Shown: positions 29,718 to 43,399 of the stretch, one piece after another
Layout of the letters: the number at the start of each line of letters is the position of its first letter
How positions within the stretch are numbered: position 1 is the first letter of the stretch
NCBI RefSeq assembly: GCF_009914755.1
Contig: NC_060941.1
Length of the DNA: 64,000 nucleotides
Direction: 5' to 3' (one strand)
Source of the DNA: the human T2T-CHM13v2.0 reference genome, Homo sapiens
Translations under genes and position numbers: made by a program
The notes under the pieces: model-generated
What the model was told of the DNA's origin: nothing
Databases searched by the model: none
What the model saw: the letters and a program-made list of their open reading frames with translations, nothing else

Positions 29718-30824
29718 GATCTGAGGGGGGAAATCCAGACAAAGAGAAAAAATAACTTCAAAGGCCTTAGGTAGGAACAAGCTTGAAATACTTACAAAAG
29801 GCAGGAAAACCACATGCTGGATCCATGTAACTGAGGGGGAGAGGAGTAGGGGATAAGCTGAAGAGATGGGCAGGGGCCAGATTTCCATTTTGTTTCAATA
29901 CTGATGAGAAGCCATTGGAGGGTTTTTAGCATGGAATTATATAATCTCATTTATTTTCCAACAGATTTGATTGTTGTACAAATGAACTGTTGGAGGAAGT
30001 AGGTATGAAAATAGGAAGACCAGGTGGGAGTTACTGCAACAGTCCAGTGAAGAGTCAATTTAGATTTATTTTAGACTTGGGTGGTAATGACAGACGTGAT
30101 GGGAAGTGGTTTGATGTAAGATATATTTGAAGCAGCAGGAATTTTTGGTAGGAAGAATGTAGGCGTGAAAGAAAGAAATGTGTCAAGTATGACTCAGTAC
30201 TAGTTATGATATGAAGAATATTGGGGAAGAATTAAGAGCTCTGTTTCAGAAATATTAAGTGCCAGACATCTATTAGAATTTCAAGGAAGGTGTTTAGGAA
30301 AAGGTTGAATACCAGCCTGGAACTTCAGAAAGAGACTAGGACTAGAGATACAAACTGGAAGTCATCAGCATATAGATGGCATTTAAAGCAATGAGACTGC
30401 ACAAGATGAGTTAGGGACTGAGTAAAGGAAGTGGGGGGGGGAAGATAAGGTGGTGTTACTAAAGGAGATGGAGTAGGAGCAGCTAGCCAATTAGGAGAAA
30501 TTCCTGGAGACCACGATGTTCTTCCTAACTGATAATGTGATTAAAACCTATCAGAGAAGGAGTGATCAATGGTGTCAAAACTTCTGAGAAGTCAACTGTG
30601 ATGAAGACTAAAGACAGAGCACTGCATTTAGTGCAGAGATCACTTGTTGATTGGACAAATGTTTCAACATATTGAAGTGGCGAAGAGCCTCATTGCCATG
30701 AATAAAAGAAGAGAATATAAGGCAGTAGAATAATTAAGTATTAATAGAAAGACCTTTTGAAGACTCTGGTTACAAAGATAAACAAAGACGTGGCACAGTG
30801 ATTGAAGTGAGATTTGGATTGCAA

Positions 30825-31250
30825 CAGAGCATTTACTGGTAGTTGAATATATACCCCCCTCCCTATTGCATCTCCCCTTCCCCACACACATTTCCTAGCC
30901 CCCTGCAGGTAGGTGGAGCCTTTTGTCTAGTTCTGGCTAATGGGCTGTGATTGGAATATGGGTCATTTCTGGGCCAAAGTACAAAGAATTGGGTGTGAGC
31001 TCTTCATATCCTGTCTCCTCTAGCCATCGGTGACCAGTAGTGTTCAAGATAATGGAATCTTTCTATCAACCAACATTGAACTTACAATCTGAAAAAGTAT
31101 TAATCACATTAAATTATTGATAACTAACCAGTTTAGATCTATAAAAACAGCACTTTCTTATGGTTTCACTTAACAAATCTTTGCTGAGTGAAGCCACTGA
31201 GATGTGGGGGTCAATTTGCTACCACAGTATAACTTAGAATAATTTGGCAT
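30825..31250. mobile_element. MLT1-family LTR (MLT1J-like)
   Basis: CATTTCCTAGCCCCCTGCAGGTAGGTGGAGCC..TTCTGGCTAATGG..TGAAGCCACTGAGATGTGGGG. Confidence 0.6.
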
Positions 31251-32527
31251 ACGTGATCAAAGAATTCTTTAACATATTATTTCATATTTTTATATTTTTG
31301 AAATAATGTATCAGAGAGAAAAATATTGATATAAGAGAAATGGTGGATAATTATAGGAGAAAAACCCTTGAATAAGGATGAGGAGTGTAGTGTACTAGTG
31401 AAGACCTTAGACAGAGGTACACATTTCCATAAGGAAGAAATCCATCTACCCTAAAGGAGGGAAGGTGGAACATGGATATAGATGCAATTGCAGAGTAGAT
31501 TTGGGATGGGCAGATAAAGTGGTTCTCTTCTGTTTGCCTCCACTTTTCCAGTGAAATCGAGGTCATCATCTCAGAACAGAAATGAAAAGGCAGTGTTGGA
31601 GGTTTGAGAAGAATAGACGGAGATGAAATTTTCTACTGGGAAAATGAATTAACATTGCAGTGCTGAGGGCTCTTTGGCCTTACGTTCAAGGGAAGATAGT
31701 TAACATAAGTGTCTTCTCTTGAACCATGGTCAAGTGTTTAGATACTGTAGTAGAGTACATGAGTGTTTGGTGTAGCCAGGGTTGGGGATTGCCAATGAGG
31801 AAGGTAGAGGCAAATAGGGGCAAGGAAGCTGAGAGTAGTTCAAGGAAGTGGTTACTCTGATGGACCATGAAATCTAAGCTGAGAAGTGAAAACATGAAGA
31901 AGTTAATGGAAAGTGGAAAATGATGTTAATCGATTGTAAGTCCCACAGGGCAAAAAACTGCTAGTGTGAGGATGCTAACCTAACTGAGTTAGAAATGTGG
32001 GGGTTGGGGAGGGCAGAGAGAATGGAATGCCAGAAACCAAAATTTTCAAGGTGGTACAGTTACTGGAATTGTTAAAGACTCTAGTCATACCCCTGAACAG
32101 GTGGCTGAGGTGGAGAACTGATGAGCTCAAGAAACCGAGAGGCCAATGAGTTGTAATAATCTCATTCATGGGCTAATCCATCCAACGTCATATTGGCTAT
32201 GAGCAATTATGATTTAGGGTAGGACATGCTTTGTTCTTCCTGTGCTAGTTTTATCACATACAAGTTATAGCCATGAAAGTGAAGCGCTGTGAATGAGATA
32301 GTGTGAAGCAATATCTAAATTTTTACAAGTGAAGTGTTATTTAAATGAAAATTTCTTGAAAAATTGCTTTTCTTAATTTTATAAATCTCCTATTTAGAAC
32401 CGAAAACTAAAGAGCCTGGCTTTTCTGTAATAACAGAATGCCTCATTTTTGGTCTACAACTCTAAATTGAAGTGGTATTTTACTACTAAATACCTGTAAA
32501 TTATTCTCTTTTTCTTTCCATAATTAA

Positions 32528-32882
<355 letters not shown>

Positions 32883-35429
32883 TAAAGAATTTTTTATTGC
32901 TGAAAAGTATCTTACTTTCCCTTGATTTTTCATTTTCTCTGGGATATTTCTCCAGGATATTTACATGGGGAAGAAAATGGCCTTTTCCTCCTTGTAGATG
33001 ATTCAGTTAAGAAAGGAATAGAATTGGCTTAAACCTCATTGCTCCAAAACGACCCTAAGAGCTCCAAGAAAATTTTTCCACATTTATCAAAATCTGCAGT
33101 CTGAAGCAGCTGACAAGGGCACCTGAAGCAATCCAACAAGTCAGCCCGTTTATAATTGAAGGCTTTTATTGAACTATTTTTGGATCCTGTTATATATTAT
33201 CTCCACAAGAAAACAACCAGATTAAAATGAAATACTACAATGGAACAACAAAACTTCAGTTTTATTTACATAAAAGGCAACCTTCTAAAAAAGCATCCCT
33301 AATCTCTCAAAGACAATGATAAGGCAATCTGGCAGCTTGAAAAGTCAAAGTGACTTTCAAGCATTGTTGTTTAAACTGACAAAAATTTCTACAGATGCCA
33401 ATGCAAAATTAAAAAAAAGAAGTAACACGTTTAAAATATATACACTTTAGAGTTTATATAGAATAAAAGCTTTTTTTGAACTTTTCTAGGATTGAAAACA
33501 AAAGCAAACATTGCTCTTCCAAAGCCATTATCGAGCAGAAAAATATTCATACAGAAGTAAAAATCTACAGTGCAAATTAAAGCAGAGAGAAACAATCTAG
33601 AATAAAACATTATTTCAAATAAGATAATGTATGCATGAGTGAGCATTTCCTCTGAATCCAGGTGACTAGCAGGGCATGATGGGAAGATTACACTTCTTGT
33701 CATCCTATACAGAAACACCAAGAAAAGGTCTGGTGTCTCTCCAGGGGCAAGGACCAATAATTCTTCGAGAAAAGGCATACTGAGAGGATTCTTTAAGTCA
33801 AATGGATCTAAGATCAAGTCCAAAGTGATCAATAAGAGCTGAAAGATCAGTCAAGTACCAAATACTCAAGGAAACTCATCAACGTAGAAACAAGAAACAG
33901 GGAAGGGGACTTGTGAACAAAAGGTGTGGGCAATGAGGAATTAGGAACCCAATCAGAGCCTCGTTGGGAAATGAGGAATGTGGCAACAAGCATGAATTGG
34001 TTCATAAAACCAATGATCTTGTGAAACAGGAGCTGCTTCTATCTTTTGCTCATAGTGACCTATCTGAGCCAACAGATGGTTGGATTTGCTTGGAAATAGC
34101 ATGAGAAGCCAACATTCCTGACATAGGTGTTGGAGAAAGACACACTAGAATCTTGGTTCTGCAACTTGTAGCTGTGTAACTCTGAGCCAGTTGTGTAATT
34201 CCTCTGAGCCTCAGTATCGCCTACAATTCTAAAGCATTCAGTGAGTTGGGAGAATTAAAGTAGATAAGGTGCGTGAAAGTGCTTTACACATGGAAAGCAC
34301 ACAATCAGTATCTTCTTCCATTAGGCCAATACACCTGTATATTGCTTATTGTTTAATTTACACCAATTATTTTCAGGAATTTATTTGAGCACAAGGAAGT
34401 GTGGAATTAAGAATCTGTGTTGTATCTGACTTTAAAAAATACAGAGAAGATCGTTCATTTTTTTTATGACATTGACAATGTCAACGTTTAACACAAACAA
34501 TTCTATTTTAAAATCTTGTATTTCCTGATCAATCTGTTGGGAGTGAAAATTAGAAGAGAGGGTAGTAAACAAAGTAAGAATTTGCAAACATAGTTGAACT
34601 CAGATAATAAATACCTATATCCTCTACAGGTGCCCTTTTCTCATAATAGAAAAGAGATGAGAAGACATGAAAAGTGAAAGCTTAAAAAGACAGTACCCAT
34701 GTAAGGCAAGAGCAGAATCTGTTCAGAGAGGTTACTTGTCTAGGGCTGCTTAGCTAGTTATTGACAGGGGCTTTGCTAGAACTCACATCTCTTGTGGAAT
34801 GTGTGTCTAACATATTCTCACCAAAGAAGAAGCGTATGCATTATTTCCTCAGTGAAGCCCTTTCTTGGTCCCAAAACCAAGCTGTCTGCTCTGTATGCTC
34901 TCATAGCTTTCTCTATTTCCCTTTTCAACACAGTCATCAGGCATATTGTTACCATGTGGATAATGGAGTGAGTGGTTAAAAGCATAGGTTCTGGTGTCAA
35001 ACTGTTTGAATCTTGTCTCTCCAAATTATTCAAACGATTTAAGCATCCAAAAAGAATAAAAGCACTTAATTTACAGAGATGTAGTGAGGAGACAATAAAC
35101 CTTTACAACAATGCTTGACACAGTGCAATAAATGTTGGCCATTTGTATTATTAGTAAGGATAATTAAGGCAAGGAGTGTTTAATACTGGATGTCCAACAC
35201 AGAGTGGTGCTCTCCCCAAAGATAGCACAGGATGTGTCCCCTGTCAAACCCTCAGAGGAATTGCAAACCTATAAAATTAATAAACTTTGAAAGTAGTTGT
35301 GTGATTATGTTTGCTAAATAAAGGCAGTTCCAATTGGCACAAATTTCAGTTTTCATGGTTTAGTTTAAACAAACTCAGTGCCCTACCAACATAGTTAAAA
35401 TTTCAGTTACCACAGTCTATCTTCTGTGG

Positions 35430-37490
35430 TGAAGAGCCTATTAAACCATTTTCTGATTTTTAAAAGTATGTTTTCTTCTTATTGAGTTCTTTATATATGC
35501 TGTATAAAAATACTTTTTCAGGTATATATTTTGCAAATATTTTCTCCAAGACTAGTTTGTCTTTTTATTTTCTTAAGAGTGTCTTCTGAAGAGTAAAAGT
35601 TTTATTTCTGATGATTTCTAATTTATCAATTTTTTCTTCCATAGTTCATAATTTCTGAGTCCAATTGAAGAAATGTTTGTCTAAATCAACATCACTAAGG
35701 TGCCCTATGTTTCTTCCAAGGGTTTTATACTTGCAGCATTTATGTTGAGGTCTACAATTAATTTCAAGGTAACTTTTGTGTAACTGTGAGGTAAAAGTTG
35801 AGGTCTTCTTTATCTCCATGTGAATACCCAATTGTTCAGAACTATTTGTGGAAAGACTATCCTTCCCCCATTTATTATCTTAGCACATTTTTGTCAAAAA
35901 TTGATTGATTATAAATGTGTAGGTATATTTCAAGACTCTTTATTTTGTTCCACTGGTTGATATGTTAATCTTTACACCAATACCACATTCTCTTGATTAC
36001 TATAGCTTTATGGTTAGTCATGAAATCAGGAGGTGTAATTTCCCCAACTCCATTCTTTTCCAAAATTGATTTGACAATGCTGTAATGAAATTTAGAGCCA
36101 GCTTGTCAAATTCAACAAGAAAACTGCTTAGGTTTGGATGAGGACTGCACTTGATCTAAGGATCAATCTGGGAGAAATGACATTCTTACAAGGTTGAGTC
36201 TTCCTGCCCATGAACTTGGTATTTCCTTCCATTTAATTACATCTTTACTTTATGCCACAAAAGTTTAGTTGTCAGCACACAGATCTTGGATATATCCTGT
36301 TAAACAAGTATTTCATATTTGTGATGATGTTGTAAATGGCTGATTTTAAAAAATTCAATTTCCAACATTCATTGCAAATACATAAAAATATAACTGATTT
36401 TGCATATGGACTTGGTACACCATGACCTTGCTAACTTTAGTTATTGGTTCTTGTAGTTTTGTATTTTTGCAGATTCCTTTTATCTCATGTAGATGACATG
36501 TCTGCAAATAGACAGTTTTACTTCTTCCTTTCTGATTTGTATGCCTTTTATTTCTTTTTCTTGCCTTGTTGCACTTCCTACGACCTCCAGTATAAAGTGA
36601 ATAGAAGTGGTAACAGTAGATGTCTTTTCCTTGTTACCAATCTTGGGAAAAAATAATATGGTCTGTCATCATTAAGTATGATTTTAGTTGTTGGTTTTTC
36701 TTTTTCTGGTGTCTTTTCTTTTTAAAAAAGTTCTTAAAAAACATTTTTGCTGAAATATAAATCACATACCATAAAAATCACCCATTAAAATGTCCAATTC
36801 AGTAGTTTTGGTATACTCACAAAGTTGTACAACCATCACTACAGTCTAAGTTGTTTTTTAAAAAAATTTTAATTTTTTATTCCCATAGGTTATTGGGGAA
36901 CAGGTGGTGTTTGGTTACATGAATAAGTTCTTTAGTGGTGATCTGTGAGATTCTGGTGCACCCATCACCTGAGCAGTATACACTGCACCCAATTTGTAGT
37001 CTTTTATCCCCCACCCCCTTCCCACCTTTTTCTCCTGAGTCCCCAAAGTCTTTTGTATCATTCTTATGCCATCTGTTCTTTATTGGCTCTTTGAATAGGT
37101 GTTAAACTTTTAATGCTTTTTCTACATCTACTGATATAATATGATTTTTCTTTTTTAGTCTTAATATAGTGAATTACATTGATTTTTTAAAAATTTTGAA
37201 CCAACTCTGCATTCCTGAGATAAACCCTACCTGACCTTGATGTGCTATCCTTTTTATATATTGATGGATTTGATTGGCTAATATTTTGTTAAGTGATTTT
37301 TTGTGTGTGTCTGTAGTCTGTAGTTCTTTTTCTCTTGCAATATTAATATCTAGTTTTGTTATCAGGATAATGATAAGTTCATAAGGTGACTTGGAAAATG
37401 TTTCTCTTTTATTTTCTGAAACAGTTTGTGTTGAAATGGCATTATTTCTTTCTTAAATGTTTGGTAGAATTCACTGGTGAAGTCACCTGG
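35430..37490 (-). mobile_element. Old L1M ORF2 fragments with nested L1 3'UTR pieces (~36740-36850 and ~36860-37070)
   Basis: Antisense L1 ORF2; 36860-37070 is a younger L1PB-like 3'UTR (GGTTATTGGGGAACAGGTGGTGTTTGGTTACATG). Confidence 0.75.
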
Positions 37491-40089
37491 TATAAAATGC
37501 ACTTGTTTATTCATTATTCCTAAACTAATTCCATAAAAACATTGTGGAGGCAGTTGCTTATAATTCTTTCTTCCAGCAAATGCTAGCAGTTACTTGCATA
37601 CAGAGATTGCCAAATAAGTATCTGTGAAAGCAAAAACTAAAATGTTACATACCTTTGTTTTTTTCTGCCTCACTTAAAAATATTTTGTGTGTGAACAAAC
37701 AATATGAGTGATGATTTATATAGGTATATATTATACAAAATTAATTTTAAATGAAGTATAATATTAAGGGCTATTTTTAAAACCCAGGTATAAGGAGATT
37801 GCTACTTATTATTTAACAAACATAGATATTCAGCATATTGACTAATGTTCTTCATTTAATTTGGTGGTTAATTAAACCATTTAGGTTATGAGAACAAAAT
37901 CAAAGTACTGTCTAGTTAAAAACGTTTCAAAACAGGTGCTAAAATATGGGACTGAAACAACCAATAGCTATTTAACGGAGAAAGATTACAAAATCATTTC
38001 CTAAATAACTTTCTTCTTTCCTTCTTGCAAGATCAGATCAAAGCAAAAATCAGATTCCCTTCATGTTCATGCAAGTTCCTGTTCCTGTGATTTTTAAAAA
38101 TCTGATTCCTCCAAAAATTGTCTTTCAAAAACTGTCCTATTTATTTCTAGCTTCTTGAACAATAACAATTAGGTTTATAAAAATTGGACAAATTTTGTTT
38201 TGGCTCTATTCATTAGATCTCACAGGGTACTTCAAAAATAAACCAATTCCAACATCTGGATTTTTTATCAAAGTGCTGTCTAATTCCTTGGCCATATGAG
38301 GCATATTTTAAAAAGATGGTACAGAGCAGTTAAAAATCATGCTGAAACACCACTCTGGAAACTTTTATAGTATTTTATTTTCAGCTTATAACCTAGTAAA
38401 TGCAGATAACATGGAAATTCTACAGAGCCTGACAAACGTAATTTGCTTACCCCAGGTAAGCTTTTTACTTAATTTGAGCTACTATGTTGGGGTTATTTTA
38501 TTCTTAGCTATATTTTATGTGAAATAAACTAATTTGCATTTTTTTAAAAACCTGTGTTAAAATATATTTTCATCCATTAGGTCCTGATCAATTATGACGC
38601 CTTTTCTTCTTCGTATTGTCAACACTTAACACGCTGCCCAGTTTACACTGTCATTACTCAATAAATGCTAAACTTGAACATGAAGTTTAACTGAACTAAA
38701 CTGGTCTTGTAGCAATTTACAAAGTAACCCAGAAGGTCAGATATCAATGTGACTTACAGTGAAGGAAGTAATTACACATTTTTCTTTCACTTGAAGTGGT
38801 TCTAAATATACAAATATATTTACTTTGCTTTCCTCAGGTAGGCAGCCCTTTACCTAACTACCATGAAAAGAGTTTTTAAAAACTTTTTGTTAAAATAACA
38901 AAGCCCTCGTTGCAGAACACCAAAAGCCACATATTTTAAGATATCAAAATCTTCAATATTTTTAGCTCTTTAGAAATAGAAAACTAGCAAAAGATAGCAC
39001 CATCAGCAAATAATATCTCAGCCCCTTCCTTACTACTCCCCCACCATCCTTCCTCAGGATTCAGTTCCAGTGAATGATCATCAGAAGCAAAACCTGAAGC
39101 AAAAATCTTTCAAAAATTACAACAAATAAGGTACATTCTTGGCAAGTCTCAATTTTGTGATAACTTTCTCCTCAAGTTTATTATTATAAAACTATCTTGT
39201 AATAAGGTTATTTGGGGACCCCCTTAGATGGTCTGAGACTAAATGATTTCTACTTCAGAAAAAAATACTCTATAACAGGGTTTTGGTTATTTAACACAGC
39301 AGCATTCAAATAGCAGGAATTCAATTTTTGTTCAAGTAAATACTATCTGCTCATTAATTTGTTTAATCACAAAATGATTTCACAAAACAATACAGTTTGT
39401 GACTTCTTAAAGAACTTCTGGTGTTCAGATTGACTTTTAATACATTATGTCTCACACTAATAGTCACTCTATTTTTAGAAAAGTTAAAATCAAAATAATA
39501 CCTATTACACCTCCATTCTAAGGGAAAAAAATATGTTTCATGAGGATGTTGCTGAAGATGTTAATTAACCATATTACACTTGTCCTCTTGGTGAGAATCT
39601 CTTGTAATTTTTTCTCTAAAGATTTCAATCCACTAATTTTTGAAATAATGACTTTTAAAAGTTTATTGCACTGAATCTTGTTTTAATTGTGATGCTTTTT
39701 ATAAATTGACATTTGCTACTGAAAAATGTGGAGTCAAATATAGGTCCTTCAGCAGAATTTATCCAACGCTTAGAGTGTGTTGTGTTTTCATGAACACTAC
39801 CACTAGCCTCACCTTATTTTTTCTTTTATTTTCTGTTAGCTGTGATTCCTTACTTTAAAAGAATCTTGCATTTTAAAAGCAACCTTGAGCTTCCAATATT
39901 TTCTCTCCTAATGATATGAAACAATAAAAACAAAAACCAAAAACCCCACACCCTCAGCATAACTTAAAGCTAGAAAAATGACAAAGTAACTGTGAGTAAA
40001 AGAACAGGTAATTATTTCAGGTAAGATTCACCAATGGTTCAGACAAAATTAGTGAACAAAAGTCTAAGAATATGTGCATAGTCTCAAAC

Positions 40090-40690
40090 TATGTCTCCCA
40101 AGATATTTTACCTCTTAGAAATGAAAAATGATTAATTTTACAGCACAGAAACCTGGCAGATACCATCTTTAAAAAGTGATCAATGTTTGCATCACCAATA
40201 ACAAGATATTTTGATACCATGCATCCTTTGATATAATGCATCTGAGAAAGGCACAATATCACTTCTGCATTATTCTTGCCAGAAATGCATAACCTCAATC
40301 TAATCATAAACAAAGTGAGAAAATTCTACAAAATAACCAGCAGCTAGCACACTTCAAAAGCGTCAAAGTCATGAAAGATCAGGAAAGACAGGGGAGGTGT
40401 CATAGATTGAAGGAGAATAAAGAGATATAACAACTAAATGCACTGTGAGATCCTGCATTGGGTCCTAGAACAACAAGAAGGACTTTAATGGAAAAGCTAG
40501 TGAAATTAAAATAAGATTTGTAGTTATTTAATAGATTGTGCCACTGTTAATTTCCTGGTTTTGGCAATTGTACTATAGATAAATAAGATGTTAACATTAG
40601 GGGAAGCTGGGTGAAGGACATATGGCAATTCCCTGTACTATTTTTGTAACATTTCAGTAAGTGTAAATAAAAGTTTAAAAACAAAAATGT
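40090..40690 (+). mobile_element. L1ME/L1MC-type 3' end
   Basis: AAACCTGGCAGATACCATCTT..ATGCATAACCTCAATCTAATCAT..GGGGAAGCTGGGTGAAGG. Confidence 0.7.
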
Positions 40691-42063
40691 TAAAAAGGCA
40701 TCTTCAATCTTTTTAAAATAAGTGGGATTTTCATAAACAATTACTGTCTGACATTCTTCCGATTTTTCCTAAGCTCATAGCTTCCTCGTGTTATCCCCTT
40801 TGACTGCCTCAGAAAATTCTTCATATCTAGTGCCAATTCAAATATTGTCTCTCTTCCATAAAAGATCCCGCTTCCTACAGACCTCAGATCTCCCAGCATT
40901 GTACCCTAAAGTAGAAGTTTACCATGCATGACTAGATAGTTTTCTAGTTCTTTTTTTACCTGTATTTCTCATTGTCACTGCAATAAGAAAAGCTCCCAGA
41001 ATGCAGTGACAAAGTTACATGTCTTTTCATGATTTTCCCCAGCACTGACCTAAATATACAGTAAATGCTTGTTAAATACATGTTGACTCATTCACTCATA
41101 AATTATTTAAGGAAACTAGAGATTTGTAAGTTCACATCATCCATTTTACAGCCTCTCTGTGAAATCAGACATCAAATACAGGACTGAATGGGCCATTCGC
41201 TATAATCTAAGTATGGCAATTCTGATAATTTCTTATTCTCAGGAAGTCTCTAAAATGTAAAATGTATGATACTTCCTTCAACTTCATAAGGTAGTTGGGG
41301 TTGAATAAACACCAGAATCCATAGAAATAACAGGCCTAAATTTATAGAAATATAGGCCTAAATTATAAATCTTTAAAAGGTCATTGAAAACTGTTAGAAT
41401 TCCGCATTCAATATTAATATGAAATGTACAATAACATAAGCAATTGTCACAAATAAGATTCAAAGATACTGATGTTTGATGAGATATTTTCCATGACCCG
41501 GGGTTGCTTCCTTAGAGTATTCCTAGGATGTCTACTGATCTGTTAAAGTCATGCAATGGGAACAAATGTCCATTTTCTTTGCCAAGAAAATACCATAGAT
41601 GAATATTAAAAACAGTTATGTAAGCCAAAACTCACATCTGCACACACTTAAAATGTAGCCCTTTTTTAAAATAATAATTTGTAATACATTCTGAAAAAAA
41701 AAACAAAAAATGTTGTACAATGCTCTACACCTGGCTGGGTAACCAGTGTTTTTAGCCATAAGTGCAGTGATACAGGCTATGTAATTACTGAAATTGATTA
41801 GTGTACTCTAAATTGTGGAAATATGTATGTGTTTGTATATTAGTAACTGTTTTTGGCATCTATTTCAGGCTTGTTTATATTATACTATGTGTATATATAT
41901 ACATATATGTAGAACATAAAGTTCAAAATATACTCTACTGATGTAACCAACCAATTAAAGGAAATAAAATCTGTTTAAGGGGAATATAATGCATGGAACT
42001 TAACGGGATTTTCTACACAATCTGGGGCTTCCAATACTTAAAAAATTATCAAATTATTAAACT

Positions 42064-42089
42064 TATATATATAATTATATATATATATA

Positions 42090-42122
<33 letters not shown>
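42064..42122. repeat. (AT)n microsatellite adjoining the Alu tail
   Basis: TATATATATAATTATATATATATATATAATTATATAT.. seen directly. Confidence 0.95.
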
Positions 42123-42430
<308 letters not shown>

Positions 42431-42871
42431 TAATATTGTTTCTTTAAAAAAACGTTTAAAATGTCACTAATTCACTAAGAAGGTATCACAAACAATGCTC
42501 TAAAAAGCTTTTTTAAAACCAATTTAAAAAATATGTGTGGGGAAAAATATATTTTGGTCTGATATTGAAAAAGAAATGATTTGCAAAATTTTTAAAATAT
42601 TTAAGTAGTCAAAATTCCCAATTCAATGGAATATTTAGCATACATGCATATATAATATTATTTTAAAATATTTCTATATCATTTTATTTTTAAAAGAATG
42701 ATTACTACAGGGAGTAATGTAGTATACTACATCCTACTACAGTAGGATGAAGAATAATTTGTATCTTAAAAATAGGTATTTAAAAACATAGATCACTTTT
42801 CCTATCCATGTTGGTTTATATTGTTGTTATAAAAAAAAAATCAGATGTATGGCGTAGGACACAACAAAGTA

Positions 42872-43195
42872 CAGTCTTCCTTAGGTACCCACAGGGGATT
42901 GGTTCCAGGACTCCGGTGATACCAAAATCCAAAGATACTCAGCACCTTTAAACAAAATGGCAGAGTATTTGCATATAACTATCAACATTCTCTCGTATAC
43001 TGTAAAACATCTCTAGAGTATTTGAAATACCTAACACAATGTAAATGCTATGTAAGTGGTTGTTATACTGTATTGTTTTTACATTTGTATTACTTTTTAT
43101 TGTTATATTGTTATTTTTATATTTTTAAAAACATTTTTGATCCACGGTTGGTTGAACCCATGAGTACAGAACCTACAGACACAGAAGACAGATTA
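42872..43195. mobile_element. MER2 (TcMar-Tigger MITE)
   Basis: TA|CAGTC..GGGGATTGGTTCCAGGAC..GTATTTGCATATAAC..AATGTAAATGCTATGTAA..GGTTGGTTGAA. Confidence 0.8.
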
Positions 43196-43399
43196 TAAAC
43201 TGAAAAATTACAAATGCTCATGTATTTTCCCTGGTACATTTGATTCTTCATAGGTTAGATTTGTTTTGAGGAGTCATTTTCCAAAATTCACCAGTTTATT
43301 AATAACATATACCACTGTGAAAAATAAAATATGTTGACATATGTGGCATAATTAAAATTAATCCTTCATAGGGAAAACTATTAAGAAACAGGTATTCAG

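Larger units (their letters stand above)
26720..32150 (-). mobile_element. Fragmented L2 (segments ~26720-26950, 29720-30820, 31250-32150) hosting MaLR insertions
   Basis: Antisense L2 3' end CATCCATCTATCTATTCAACACACTTG..; GAGAAGCCATTGGAGGGTTTT; GGAAGTCATCAGCATATAGATGG. Confidence 0.6.

Noticed and set aside
33431-33832. 133-aa minus-strand hydrophobic ORF
   Set aside because: Non-ATG start, composition reflecting T-rich DNA, and no recognisable domain or splice structure.
41321-41367. ~23-bp imperfect tandem duplication (ATAGAAAT..AGGCCTAAATT)
   Set aside because: An ordinary slippage duplication with no further structure.
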